Translations under genes and position numbers: made by a program | Part shown: piece by piece, positions 15,818 through 24,516 of the stretch | Numbering within the stretch: position 1 is the stretch's first letter | Layout: each line of letters begins with the position of its first letter | Notes under the pieces: generated by a model | What the model saw: only the letters and a program-made list of their open reading frames with translations | Told to the model about the DNA's origin: nothing | The model's database searches: none | IMG/VR virus record: IMGVR_UViG_3300012667_000260 | Location: 1 to 31,599 of that record | Source of the DNA: a virus | Lineage: Duplodnaviria > Caudoviricetes | Strand: one strand, 5' to 3' | Length of the DNA: 31,599 nucleotides

Positions 15818-16029
15818 TTGACAACAAAGGTATAATAGTTTTCCTCAATCAGGATTATGTGACCTCCTCGCATATAGAGTTGGGTATTTTCAAACAACTG
15901 CGAGATGGCAACGATTTGGTCAGCATCAACCATCCCATCTTCCAAAATTTGAATGATATCCGATTCGCCTTCAATCAAACCCATCCAGTTGTCATTCTTG
16001 GTCTCGTGTATGATTTGAACCTTGATCAT
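15775..16029 (-). CDS. Hypothetical protein, 84 aa
   Basis: ATG at 16029 overlaps the phosphoesterase stop (ATGA). Confidence 0.6.
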   Translation of the reverse strand: MIKVQIIHETKNDNWMGLIEGESDIIQILEDGMVDADQIVAISQLFENTQLYMRGGHIILIEENYYTFVVKWMQSTQTTTSKAK

Positions 16030-16865
16030 ATTGTTTTGTGTGTATATGCCCGAATCGTTCTGTCTCTTGTCTCGGTTCTTGTGGGCAACATATACAACCA
16101 CCGACCACCGGTGAACTTTGGTGATGCTCCTCTTTCAACATGCCATCCCTTTGAGCCGTCTCCATATTCTTCTTTATAAGCACTTGTACGAATCATTAAA
16201 ATGTCACGAAGCAAAACAGTTCCAACCGTTGACAAGTATTCCACCGTGTATGTCATCTCGTAATCTTCGTGAACATGCCCCATCCAAATCGCATCAGCAC
16301 CCTCCACATTCACAGACATCCGGTTGTGCTGGATAGTTCCACGAGTTACAGGACCACCACCGCCAAATCCGTGCATATACTTAATGTTGTATCCAATCTT
16401 TTTGGAGTGATGGTTGAATTGATATCTCACCCATCCACCGTATCCACCAATTTGGATTTGCGAAGTTGCCCGATAGTTTAACAAAGTCACAAAGCGTTCA
16501 ATGATGTCGGTCTCTTGTCGTTTCAAGATGCTTGTTTCGTGGTTGCCGTATCCGATAAACTTGATGATATGTGCGTAGGGCAAAAACCATTCAACGGCAG
16601 TATTGATAATCGCATCAAAATAGTTTGCAACATTGTGTTCAGGTCTTATGTCCGATTTGCTCTTTCTGGGATCGTATGCACCTTGCATCAAACAGAACAA
16701 ATCACCGTTAATCAATACATCGTTGTTTCCTTTTAAGGCTTCATCAAGATGTCTCTTCAACAAATCTCTGTCACATTTAGGATTGTCCCAATGTAAATCG
16801 GAAATCAAAAGAACTTTGGTTTCTTCCCACGGCTTTGGGATGACAATGATGTTGTTGTTTTTCAT
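16026..16865 (-). CDS. Calcineurin-like metallophosphoesterase
   Basis: SDLH, GDLF, GNHE, HG, GHVH. Confidence 0.9.
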   Translation of the reverse strand: MKNNNIIVIPKPWEETKVLLISDLHWDNPKCDRDLLKRHLDEALKGNNDVLINGDLFCLMQGAYDPRKSKSDIRPEHNVANYFDAIINTAVEWFLPYAHIIKFIGYGNHETSILKRQETDIIERFVTLLNYRATSQIQIGGYGGWVRYQFNHHSKKIGYNIKYMHGFGGGGPVTRGTIQHNRMSVNVEGADAIWMGHVHEDYEMTYTVEYLSTVGTVLLRDILMIRTSAYKEEYGDGSKGWHVERGASPKFTGGRWLYMLPTRTETRDRTIRAYTHKTI

Positions 16866-17146
16866 AGAGTGGTATCCAAGTGGATGTGTAATCCTATTGC
16901 CTTTTTTAGACCTTCTGCTGAAGGTTTGAAGGTATCAAGGTATATTGTATCAAAGTGATTGATTGAATCAATTAGACGCATCCTTTTGATTTTCTCCTTC
17001 ACTATAATCCTTTCGTGCATCTCAACATTTAGTGGTTTAATATAGCGGACTGGTTCATCATAATTGAAGAACGCCCACAACCAACTAAACAGGAACAACG
17101 CAAGTATTGTGTAAATAAGGAGTGAGGACTTGGAAGTTGATTGCAT
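16862..17146 (-). CDS. N-terminal TM protein (possible spanin partner)
   Basis: LLIYTILALFLFSWLWAFF helix; start MQSTSK at 17146. Confidence 0.55.
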   Translation of the reverse strand: MQSTSKSSLLIYTILALFLFSWLWAFFNYDEPVRYIKPLNVEMHERIIVKEKIKRMRLIDSINHFDTIYLDTFKPSAEGLKKAIGLHIHLDTTL

Positions 17147-17525
17147 ATCCAGCGAGAATATCAGTTTTTGAATCGTAGAATGGGGAAGCATTGCCGTTAA
17201 TCACAATCTCAAAATCCTCATCGTTTTGTGTGTTGTCTTCAATCAATGCGAAGATATCGGTCATAATCTGTGCAGTATCCGAAAGAACTTCAATCGTGTT
17301 GCTCTCGCTTTCAAATACTCTGTCCATCACAAGCAATGCGAAGTTGTAGGTTTGAAGATTCCCACCCGACTGCAAATTGAATCCATCAGGATACAACCAA
17401 ACCAACGGATAAAATTCAACATTCTCAACCGTCATATTTGACTGCTGACCAACGCCAAATTTCTGCACCATCTTATGGCTTTCGGCTGCCGTTTGAATCT
17501 TTTGGATTATTTGGTTTAGTGTCAT
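17085..17525 (-). CDS. Tail terminator / head-tail joining-like protein
   Basis: Acidic 146-aa protein with a YPLVW motif, in the neck cluster. Confidence 0.6.
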   Translation of the reverse strand: MTLNQIIQKIQTAAESHKMVQKFGVGQQSNMTVENVEFYPLVWLYPDGFNLQSGGNLQTYNFALLVMDRVFESESNTIEVLSDTAQIMTDIFALIEDNTQNDEDFEIVINGNASPFYDSKTDILAGYAINFQVLTPYLHNTCVVPV

Positions 17526-17595
17526 TCTTGAGAAATTTGAGAAGTTTGGCTTCGTTGTTTTTTTGCCACTTATTTGTCCTCGTTGGGGAAGTCAT
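17473..17595 (-). CDS. Possible 40-aa basic peptide overlapping both neighbours
   Basis: MTSPTRTNKWQKNNEAKLLKFLKNDTKPNNPKDSNGSRKP spans the gap between adaptor and terminator genes. Confidence 0.35.
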   Translation of the reverse strand: MTSPTRTNKWQKNNEAKLLKFLKNDTKPNNPKDSNGSRKP

Positions 17596-18130
17596 AGTTC
17601 CAGTAACAATCTTGTGATGTTGGAAGATAAATACCACCGACAAAAGCGGTGTTCTTTGGACGGATGGTATCAAATGTACTGCCTGGATTCAAAAACAAAG
17701 GATAATCATTGGTGTATGTGCGGAGATAATCCCTCAATCTGTTGGCATAGTATTCCGCTTTGTCACGATAACGCCCTTCAATCATTGTCATTTCCTCAAC
17801 TGATACAGCCCTCGCATTATCACTCTCACGAGATGCAACCGATTTGTTCATCAATTTGAAGGTCATTGGAAGCATTGCTTCGGTCAAGGTATAATACTTC
17901 AAACAAGGTGCAATGTACGAATCCAAAAGGGTAGTATTCAAGGCAGTCAAGGTGTTTGCAAATGCTTGTGTTTGCAACTCGTTGTAGATACCTGAACCAA
18001 TCACATCACGGATGTAGATTTCTTGAGCTTCTTTGATTGCTGATTTCAGCAACTTGTCATCCACATTCTCATTCAAAGGTGTGTTGTCCTTCAAGTAAGT
18101 GGTTGAAATGAAATATACAAAATTGGTCAT
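17570..18130 (-). CDS. Head-tail adaptor/connector protein (putative)
   Basis: Downstream of portal; IKEAQEIYIRDVIG and AEYYANRLRDYL helices; start MTNFVY at 18130. Confidence 0.65.
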   Translation of the reverse strand: MTNFVYFISTTYLKDNTPLNENVDDKLLKSAIKEAQEIYIRDVIGSGIYNELQTQAFANTLTALNTTLLDSYIAPCLKYYTLTEAMLPMTFKLMNKSVASRESDNARAVSVEEMTMIEGRYRDKAEYYANRLRDYLRTYTNDYPLFLNPGSTFDTIRPKNTAFVGGIYLPTSQDCYWNYDFPNEDK

Positions 18131-18648
18131 AAATATTGCCACTTAAAGCCCCCAGCAGTTTTTCTAATTAAAGAACCCGAAGCAACTGCCGAAATGCTCC
18201 TATGGTCAATTTGTGTTTTTCTGTGTGCGTCTCTCACACTATCAAATATCCTAATCACCAAATTGTCACTTCCAATCATTGCAACTTTCTTTTTTTTCGG
18301 TGAATTTTCAAACATTTTTTGCCTTGTATCTTCACTTGCTTTTGAGCCTTTTCTACTTGGCAATCTTGTATCCATTAAATTAACTAAATTATTAAAAGAT
18401 TTTATGTACTTACTTTCTAATGTAAACGCTTCTGATTCATCGGTTGTTTTATCTAATTCAACAAATAGCAACTTACCTCCGTTTTCAAAAATCATTTCAA
18501 TTAGTTCTTTTTTCTTTTGATTTTTTTCGGTTTTATTCTTTGAAATATGCTCTCCCAATCTTGCTTTTGGTCTCTTTGTTTGACCAACATAAAATATTTG
18601 ACCAGTTAAAGAATTGATTAAGCCGTATATGTAAATTGTTCTCTTCAT
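18127..18648 (-). mobile_element. Free-standing GIY-YIG homing endonuclease with NUMOD-type C-terminal DNA-binding domain
   Basis: YIYGL...FYVGQT...RLGEH; FDSVRDAHRKT...TAGGFKWQY; visibly more AT-rich than its flanks. Confidence 0.8.
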
Positions 18649-18654
18649 ACCAAT

Positions 18655-18677
18655 ATATAGCAAAACCAATTCTTTGT
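18655..18677 (-). promoter_or_regulatory. Candidate late promoter ACA-N13-GCTATAT
   Basis: 13 nt from G to ATG 18648. Confidence 0.6.
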
Positions 18678-18679
18678 CG

Positions 18680-20563
18680 TCACATTCGTTTTATTCTTCT
18701 CAACAATTGAGTCACCCAAATATGTCTGCACTGTGGGGTGTTCACATCCAAGACGGGGTTGTGATACCAACCGCCTCTTCTCTTCCATACATCGTATCCC
18801 AATTGAGTTGACATCGCATTGATATCCTCCCTTGAATATACACGATTGCTTCCTGCAATTTGTCGGCAGAAATCTCTTGAACCGGGGATAATCACTCCAC
18901 CTTCAATGCCGGGTGCTAATCCGTATTTGTAACGAACCACAATTTCTGTTTGCAATCTCTTCACTTCTTCAACTCCTTTTGGGGTTGTTTCAAGACCATC
19001 TTCGTATGATTTAATCAACTCCGCTTTGGCAAGTTTAGCAATCGCATCAGCGACAACCTTTGCATCCAGTTTGGTGATGTTCACAATGTCTCCAACTTGA
19101 AGACCTTTATTCTCTTTCAAAACATTCAAGATGGCAGTTTCAACGGCATCCACGAACTCAAACTTATAGGCTTCAAAATTGTCTGCACTCTCTCCGTATT
19201 GTTGAAATACTTTAATATCTCTTTCATCATCCCATCCAAAAGGATTTTGTTTTGATAGGGCAACGGGTGCAGCGGATGGCAATGAATCTCCTCCAGCAAT
19301 TGGTGGAAGATTTGCCAATTGTCGCTTCTCGTTGATGGTCATATTGGACAACACATTGTTTGCAACCAACGGACTCAAAGCATTGATGGCATCGTTCAAA
19401 GATGATTGCTTCACATCGGTGATCAATGGCAATCCAAGTTCCTTTCTTGCTTCTTCGTTGGTGATAACTCCAGCGGTGAACAAAGCCTGATAGTCAAGAC
19501 CGATTGGTGGTTTGTTGATAGTTTCTAAACGAACTGATGCAATAGGTTCAAGCAAGTACGCAAAGGTATCATCAATCTTTTGTTGACGGGGTTCAATGTA
19601 GGCGTGATGAAACATCTCATACGCTTCAATCAACTCGCTACGCCCACCCAATTGAGATTCCACACGCACCCCAAACAACATCGGTGAGTTCACTTTGTGT
19701 GCGACAAATATCTCTTGTTGTACGGTCTTATTCAACAAGTCAAATTGCTTGTCAAAATCCGATGGCTGAAGGTTGTTGATGACTGATTCCTTCTCTGTCG
19801 GATCATTATATTGGATAATTAACCCACCGGCATTGTCCGTGCCTTGGTAGTTCTCTTTGAATCTCCTTGCAGTTGCACGAGCTTCTTCAGGTGTTGGAAT
19901 TCCTTTGAATAACTGGATGTGAGTTTGTGCCGTGAATCCGTTTTTAATGCTATTCAAATAATAGTTGGATATCTCGGTGTCAACCTCAATGTATTTCAAC
20001 GCACCTACATAATCAGGTAAGGGATATTCACCTTGTCCGGGACGGTAAAATTGGCAATAATATATTTGCTTTGATTCCCTTGTGATTGGGTTGTATGGTT
20101 GATAGTGGATTTTGTCCGCTTTGCTATCTGTCCAGTCAGCACAATACACATAATCACCTTCAAGACCTTTACGGACATTCTTGAAAGGGATGTGATAGAA
20201 TTCCGAAGGTGCGGTCTTTGCCTTGTTCCAAATCACCTCAACTGCAAACCCATTGAACAACTCCGCATCGTAAGCAACTTTTGCTTTGAGTTCTTCGTAG
20301 GTCTCGTAAGCGTTTATGTTTTTGAGTTTGGCTTCTGCTTTTGCAATCTCCTCCGTGTTTGAGCCAAATACCTCCGTACCTATTCCGGCAACATATGATG
20401 CCTTTGCAGAAACGATGGCATTGTGTTTGGGTGATTTATTGAATAACTCAATGAGAAAATCAGGATAGAGATTGTCAGCACCAAATGTCACGAATCCCTT
20501 TGCTTTGTTCTCTTTGAAAACAGGCAGTTTGTTATCGTGAAAGTTTAATCTTTGGAATATCAT
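18680..20563 (-). CDS. Portal protein with C-terminal wHTH and Cys/His head-morphogenesis-like extension
   Basis: FGADNLYP, SPKHNAIV, YPLPDY, IKNGF, GTDNAG, TNEEARKELGLP; start MIFQRL at 20563. Confidence 0.85.
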   Translation of the reverse strand: MIFQRLNFHDNKLPVFKENKAKGFVTFGADNLYPDFLIELFNKSPKHNAIVSAKASYVAGIGTEVFGSNTEEIAKAEAKLKNINAYETYEELKAKVAYDAELFNGFAVEVIWNKAKTAPSEFYHIPFKNVRKGLEGDYVYCADWTDSKADKIHYQPYNPITRESKQIYYCQFYRPGQGEYPLPDYVGALKYIEVDTEISNYYLNSIKNGFTAQTHIQLFKGIPTPEEARATARRFKENYQGTDNAGGLIIQYNDPTEKESVINNLQPSDFDKQFDLLNKTVQQEIFVAHKVNSPMLFGVRVESQLGGRSELIEAYEMFHHAYIEPRQQKIDDTFAYLLEPIASVRLETINKPPIGLDYQALFTAGVITNEEARKELGLPLITDVKQSSLNDAINALSPLVANNVLSNMTINEKRQLANLPPIAGGDSLPSAAPVALSKQNPFGWDDERDIKVFQQYGESADNFEAYKFEFVDAVETAILNVLKENKGLQVGDIVNITKLDAKVVADAIAKLAKAELIKSYEDGLETTPKGVEEVKRLQTEIVVRYKYGLAPGIEGGVIIPGSRDFCRQIAGSNRVYSREDINAMSTQLGYDVWKRRGGWYHNPVLDVNTPQCRHIWVTQLLRRIKRM

Positions 20564-20570
20564 CTCTATC

Positions 20571-20593
20571 AAATAGCAATCAATCTTTTTTGT
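20571..20593 (-). promoter_or_regulatory. Candidate late promoter ACA-N13-GCTATTT
   Basis: 14 nt from G to the portal ATG. Confidence 0.65.
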
Positions 20594-20804
20594 TTGAGAA
20601 CTTGTCAATAGATGTGAATCCAAGACAAGCAATCACGATAAATTCCACCGCACTCACCAATTCAGGAGAAGGTGCAATATCAGTTGTGGAAAGAGAATTA
20701 TGAGCCATTGTAGCAAACAATACAAAAGCACCGATAATGCCCACGAATCGTTTTGATGACATCTCTCCTTTGTCACCCGTGAAAATTTCCATTAATTTTT
20801 TCAT
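20580..20804 (-). CDS. Holin-like two-TM protein
   Basis: SSKRFVG, two hydrophobic helices, charged C-terminus, adjacent to the lysin. Confidence 0.65.
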   Translation of the reverse strand: MKKLMEIFTGDKGEMSSKRFVGIIGAFVLFATMAHNSLSTTDIAPSPELVSAVEFIVIACLGFTSIDKFSNKKD

Positions 20805-21376
20805 AAATCTTTGCTTTCTAATAGTGTGTAAGTGAATGAATTTCCGTGCAATGTGGCAGCCTTCTTGACTAAAGCCATAAACTCATCAAAATCTGCTGAC
20901 TTTTTGAACACCTGACAACCCTCACTCCAATTCTCAACATAGGTTGAATCTGTACCAGCCTTGTGGATGTTGATTCCGTAGATACCTTCGGTGATCAACT
21001 TGGTGTCGTAGTTCATATCCTTGTTGGCATCTCTGTAAACCTTCACGGGTTTGGCTTGTTTTAACGCTTCGTATTTGCCTTGATGCAATCCGATGGCGTG
21101 TGAACCACGATATTGTCCCGGAACTAAACGAGCAACGCCTTGTGCATTGTGAAATTCCTTCACTCCCTTTGTGCCGGGATCAGTTGTCGCAGCCCATTTC
21201 TTGAAATGCCACACATCTCCGATTTTGTAACTCACGGTTAACAAGTCATCAAAGACATTTGTCACTTTGTTACCAGTATCCGAATTGCGAATCCCAATGA
21301 TGTTCAAGTTGTAATCACCTGATTCAAAGAACTTGTAATCTTTGACCTTCATTGCTTGTTTGATTTTGTCTATCAT
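20801..21376 (-). CDS. Putative endolysin with L,D-transpeptidase (YkuD)-like His/Cys motif
   Basis: GINIHKAG...WSEGCQV; next to the holin; no other lysin recognised in the genome. Confidence 0.6.
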   Translation of the reverse strand: MIDKIKQAMKVKDYKFFESGDYNLNIIGIRNSDTGNKVTNVFDDLLTVSYKIGDVWHFKKWAATTDPGTKGVKEFHNAQGVARLVPGQYRGSHAIGLHQGKYEALKQAKPVKVYRDANKDMNYDTKLITEGIYGINIHKAGTDSTYVENWSEGCQVFKKSADFDEFMALVKKAATLHGNSFTYTLLESKDL

Positions 21377-21492
21377 TTGCCTTGTCCTTTATATGGTTTG
21401 GAACTCTTGTGCTTGTTCTTGTGCTTGGTATGTCTGCCCAATTTGTTTTTGGGTTTAGCCCGAAATGATGTGATGTTTACTTTTGCTGCCAT
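21373..21492 (-). CDS. 39-aa very basic peptide ending KPYKGQGK, not in ORF track
   Basis: MAAKVNITSFRAKPKNKLGRHTKHKNKHKSSKPYKGQGK; ATGA-coupled to the lysin. Confidence 0.7.
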   Translation of the reverse strand: MAAKVNITSFRAKPKNKLGRHTKHKNKHKSSKPYKGQGK

Positions 21493-21920
21493 AGGTACAT
21501 TCTAAAATAGTCAAACTCTTCTTTCCCACCTTCGGAGAGATAGTTCAAATAAGCGTCATAGATCACTCCTTTGAACTCAATTGGTGTGGTGGTGGTATCT
21601 AATCCAGCACCTACCATCTTCACGGCATAGACCTCCATTTGGTCTTGAACAACTTGCATCTGTACAACCACGGCTTCCGCTTTCTTTTCAGCAACAACGA
21701 CCGCTTCTTTCAATTGCTCTTTCTCAACCACTTTTGCTTCAACCAATTTCTCACTCACCTCGTGTGCTTGTTTAGTGGCTTGACCAACGGCTTTTGTGTT
21801 CTGCTGAATCTTTTTCAACAAAGCATCAATGTCGCTCACTGGCTTGGGTTCAGTTGCCCAAGATTCGGTGAACAAATAACCACCGATGAAAGCGAATGCA
21901 AAAATGATCAACAATCTCAT
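21477..21920 (-). CDS. Signal/TM plus coiled-coil protein
   Basis: MRLLIIFAFAFIGGYLF followed by a long helix. Confidence 0.7.
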   Translation of the reverse strand: MRLLIIFAFAFIGGYLFTESWATEPKPVSDIDALLKKIQQNTKAVGQATKQAHEVSEKLVEAKVVEKEQLKEAVVVAEKKAEAVVVQMQVVQDQMEVYAVKMVGAGLDTTTTPIEFKGVIYDAYLNYLSEGGKEEFDYFRMYLWQQK

Positions 21921-22204
21921 AGTTTCTTCATTGAGTTAATGATCCGTAGTTCAGTAATGGCTGCAGACAAAGCACTGTCAGCAGTTTTTAACATCTTGTA
22001 GGCTTGTTTTTGCTCTGCCCGTAGTACTGCCATCTCTTTTCTGCACTCATCAATCTGCTCTTGATTGCCCGAACGCAAATCCATATAAAGGTAAGAGACA
22101 GCCAACAGCATACAAAAAGCCACGGCAGCAACTGGATTCTTACGAAATTGGTCAAACGAAACGGGAAGCGGATTCGCATTGGGTTTTACTTTTGGTGCGG
22201 TCAT
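21917..22204 (-). CDS. Single-TM plus coiled-coil protein (lysis accessory candidate)
   Basis: NPVAAVAFCMLLAVSYLY helix. Confidence 0.7.
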   Translation of the reverse strand: MTAPKVKPNANPLPVSFDQFRKNPVAAVAFCMLLAVSYLYMDLRSGNQEQIDECRKEMAVLRAEQKQAYKMLKTADSALSAAITELRIINSMKKL

Positions 22205-22545
22205 TATTCGGGTATATTGCAGTAAGGTGATGACGGATTGAATTGGCAGAAACGAGCAAGGTAAAGCGACTCACACCCACTGAAAGTATGCACCCCTATC
22301 GGATTTGGGAACACCTCTTTTGTGCTGAATGATTCCAACGGTTCATCGTTCCAAAGGATGTCAACGGCATAGAGTGGGGAAAGGTCGGTGCAGTTACCTT
22401 CTTCATCGGTTGCTAAACAGATTTGCCCGATTTCGTGGACGGCACAATTTGTGTAAGTTACCGAACCCTCAACCGTTGTGCTGATTTGGGCTTGGTATGT
22501 TAGCCATTCGGCTTGGTTGGTGAATTGATATTTAGCGAAGGTCAT
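22204..22545 (-). CDS. Tail-fibre-associated small protein
   Basis: Coupled to the fibre gene; YAVDILW and PNPIGVHTFSG. Confidence 0.6.
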   Translation of the reverse strand: MTFAKYQFTNQAEWLTYQAQISTTVEGSVTYTNCAVHEIGQICLATDEEGNCTDLSPLYAVDILWNDEPLESFSTKEVFPNPIGVHTFSGCESLYLARFCQFNPSSPYCNIPE

Positions 22546-23843
22546 AAGGTGGTAATATCTTGACAGAATTGGTCTGATTTTGGTTCGGGGAAAAATGCAG
22601 ATGCTTGAATAAATGTCGGAACTGATGCGCCCGTTGAACCAAAGAATTCCATTAATGTTGGCGTGAACGATGTAGCAGAAATTATTTTAACACCATTTTC
22701 GAAAACATCCGCAGTACTTCCGTTCCATTTTATAGCAATCTTGCAAGTATCGGTTGTGGTTGTGTATAGGTTTGTCAATGTTGACGCAACTCGTTTCTGA
22801 ATTGACAACCTTGATGCAGTCGATGATGATGGGTTACTGATAGTTAAGCCATCATTGCTATATGAAGTTGTGTCTGCTATACCAAATCTTTGTGTATTAT
22901 CTCTAATCAACGCCAAATTCCCCCTCAACTCCACAAACCAAGTACCCCCACTGCTTGTAATCAAACCATTGGTGTAGATGTTATTGCGTGAGAATGAGTC
23001 CGCAATACGGGTGGCAGATGCGGTGGTAGTTGGGATTATCGTGGTAGCATAACTTCCCGCTTCAACTTGTGCTTGTGTTATTATTGCCGTACCGATGGAA
23101 CCCGTGTCGCTGAAAGGATAAAAGCGGATTGCCGTACATCCCGTTGGTGCAGTAATAGTTACTGAAATCCGTGTAAATGTAGAAGCGTTTGTTTGTGAAT
23201 AATATGATGTTGGCGTAATAATATCAACCGAATTGGTAAAGTCACGAACACGATATTTCATATCTGTCATTGTGCCACGCTTTACATAGAATGTAAAAGT
23301 GTAAACCGTTCCAGGCACAACCGTAACAAGTTGATAAAGAAAATTACCCGTTGCGCTTGTTGTAATTAGCGAAGCAGTTGTGTTGCCGTCAATTCCCGTT
23401 TGTGAATTATCACTCGCAGTTAAATTGGTAGCAATCCAAGATGTTACATTTGAAAACTCATTGCTTCTTAAACACAAATTCGTCCTCTGCGGTTCTAACA
23501 ACAACGCTGGACAACTGCCGTACATATAGGATAGACGGGGTACACCCGAACCCATTGACTCCAACAACCCCGAACTATTTGTGCGGACTGCTGTGCTTGC
23601 CCTTGTCCAAGTCAAATCGCCATTTCCGTTTGTCGGAATTTCGCTATATAGTTTATTCGCCTTGTAACCCGAAGGAACAAGCAACAAGGACGCACTTAAT
23701 AGCAACCCACTGACCGCATCAACGCAAGCACCGCCTTCAACTACTCCACCATCCGCTACAACTCGTGTAGCGTAAGCGCCGAAAATCCCTTGGGCATAGT
23801 TGGAACGATTGATTCCAACGCCCAATCCAATGCCCATTCTCAT
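22542..23843 (-). CDS. Tail fibre / receptor-binding protein with carbohydrate-binding-like domains
   Basis: T/S/G-rich; LLLEPQRTNL...SNEF, AQVEAGSYATTIIPT, KIAIKW. Confidence 0.7.
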   Translation of the reverse strand: MRMGIGLGVGINRSNYAQGIFGAYATRVVADGGVVEGGACVDAVSGLLLSASLLLVPSGYKANKLYSEIPTNGNGDLTWTRASTAVRTNSSGLLESMGSGVPRLSYMYGSCPALLLEPQRTNLCLRSNEFSNVTSWIATNLTASDNSQTGIDGNTTASLITTSATGNFLYQLVTVVPGTVYTFTFYVKRGTMTDMKYRVRDFTNSVDIITPTSYYSQTNASTFTRISVTITAPTGCTAIRFYPFSDTGSIGTAIITQAQVEAGSYATTIIPTTTASATRIADSFSRNNIYTNGLITSSGGTWFVELRGNLALIRDNTQRFGIADTTSYSNDGLTISNPSSSTASRLSIQKRVASTLTNLYTTTTDTCKIAIKWNGSTADVFENGVKIISATSFTPTLMEFFGSTGASVPTFIQASAFFPEPKSDQFCQDITTL

Positions 23844-24103
23844 TAATAACCGATTACGCTTCCTGAAGAGATTACAAATCCGGTGATTGTTGCAGAGTTA
23901 CCCGCTGGAAGGTATGCACCTTGCTTGAAGGTAACACCACTCATTCCACGAGCTGAAAGAACATTTGTTCCGTCTACGGAGAATGAAGTAAAAACGGTAT
24001 CTTCTTGAACAACCAAAGCGTTATGATTTCTCAAGGTTTGTGTGCCTGATCCGTAGCGAATGAAGGCTGCACCTCCAGCGATGATGTCTGTTGAACTGCT
24101 CAT
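23843..24103 (-). CDS. Small virion protein (putative)
   Basis: Gly/beta-rich, in the structural operon. Confidence 0.6.
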   Translation of the reverse strand: MSSSTDIIAGGAAFIRYGSGTQTLRNHNALVVQEDTVFTSFSVDGTNVLSARGMSGVTFKQGAYLPAGNSATITGFVISSGSVIGY

Positions 24104-24429
24104 ATTATATGTATTTTTTCTGTTAAATTCGGGGTGTATTCATCTTCCGTGAATGTCTTTTGAACCTTTAGGATTCCAATCTCGCACAAGATACCTCCGC
24201 TTGTTGAAACACTGTATTCGTGTTCTCCTTCCAATAGGGTTGCGGTAGTGCCTTCAATGAACTGAAATTGATTGTATCTCTCTGTATGAGTTGATACATC
24301 GGTCAATGTTCTTGTTACGATGGTTTCAGTTTGACGATGAGTGAAGGTAAACACATAGGATGCAGCACTTGCCTTTTCAGTCAATGTGAGATACCAAAAT
24401 TTTGTTTGCCCTTTGTTAATTACCAACAT
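24100..24429 (-). CDS. Virion protein (putative, beta-rich)
   Basis: First gene after the terminator and late promoter. Confidence 0.6.
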   Translation of the reverse strand: MLVINKGQTKFWYLTLTEKASAASYVFTFTHRQTETIVTRTLTDVSTHTERYNQFQFIEGTTATLLEGEHEYSVSTSGGILCEIGILKVQKTFTEDEYTPNLTEKIHII

Positions 24430-24436
24430 CTCTACA

Positions 24437-24459
24437 AAATAGCGAGAGTAAAAATATGT
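24437..24459 (-). promoter_or_regulatory. Candidate late promoter ACA-N13-GCTATTT
   Basis: Directly after a terminator, 14 nt from G to ATG 24429. Confidence 0.7.
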
Positions 24460-24462
24460 AAC

Positions 24463-24490
24463 AAAAAAAGGGAGAGCATATTGCCCTCCC
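24463..24490 (-). terminator. Rho-independent terminator after the capsid/tail-tube genes
   Basis: GGGAGGGCA-ATA-TGCTCTCCC followed by T7. Confidence 0.85.
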
Positions 24491-24516
24491 CATTTGACCT
24501 ATGAAACAAGAACCAA

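Noticed and set aside
18127-18680. Group I intron around the GIY-YIG gene
   Set aside because: Flanking genes are intact and the non-coding flanks are too short for a ribozyme core
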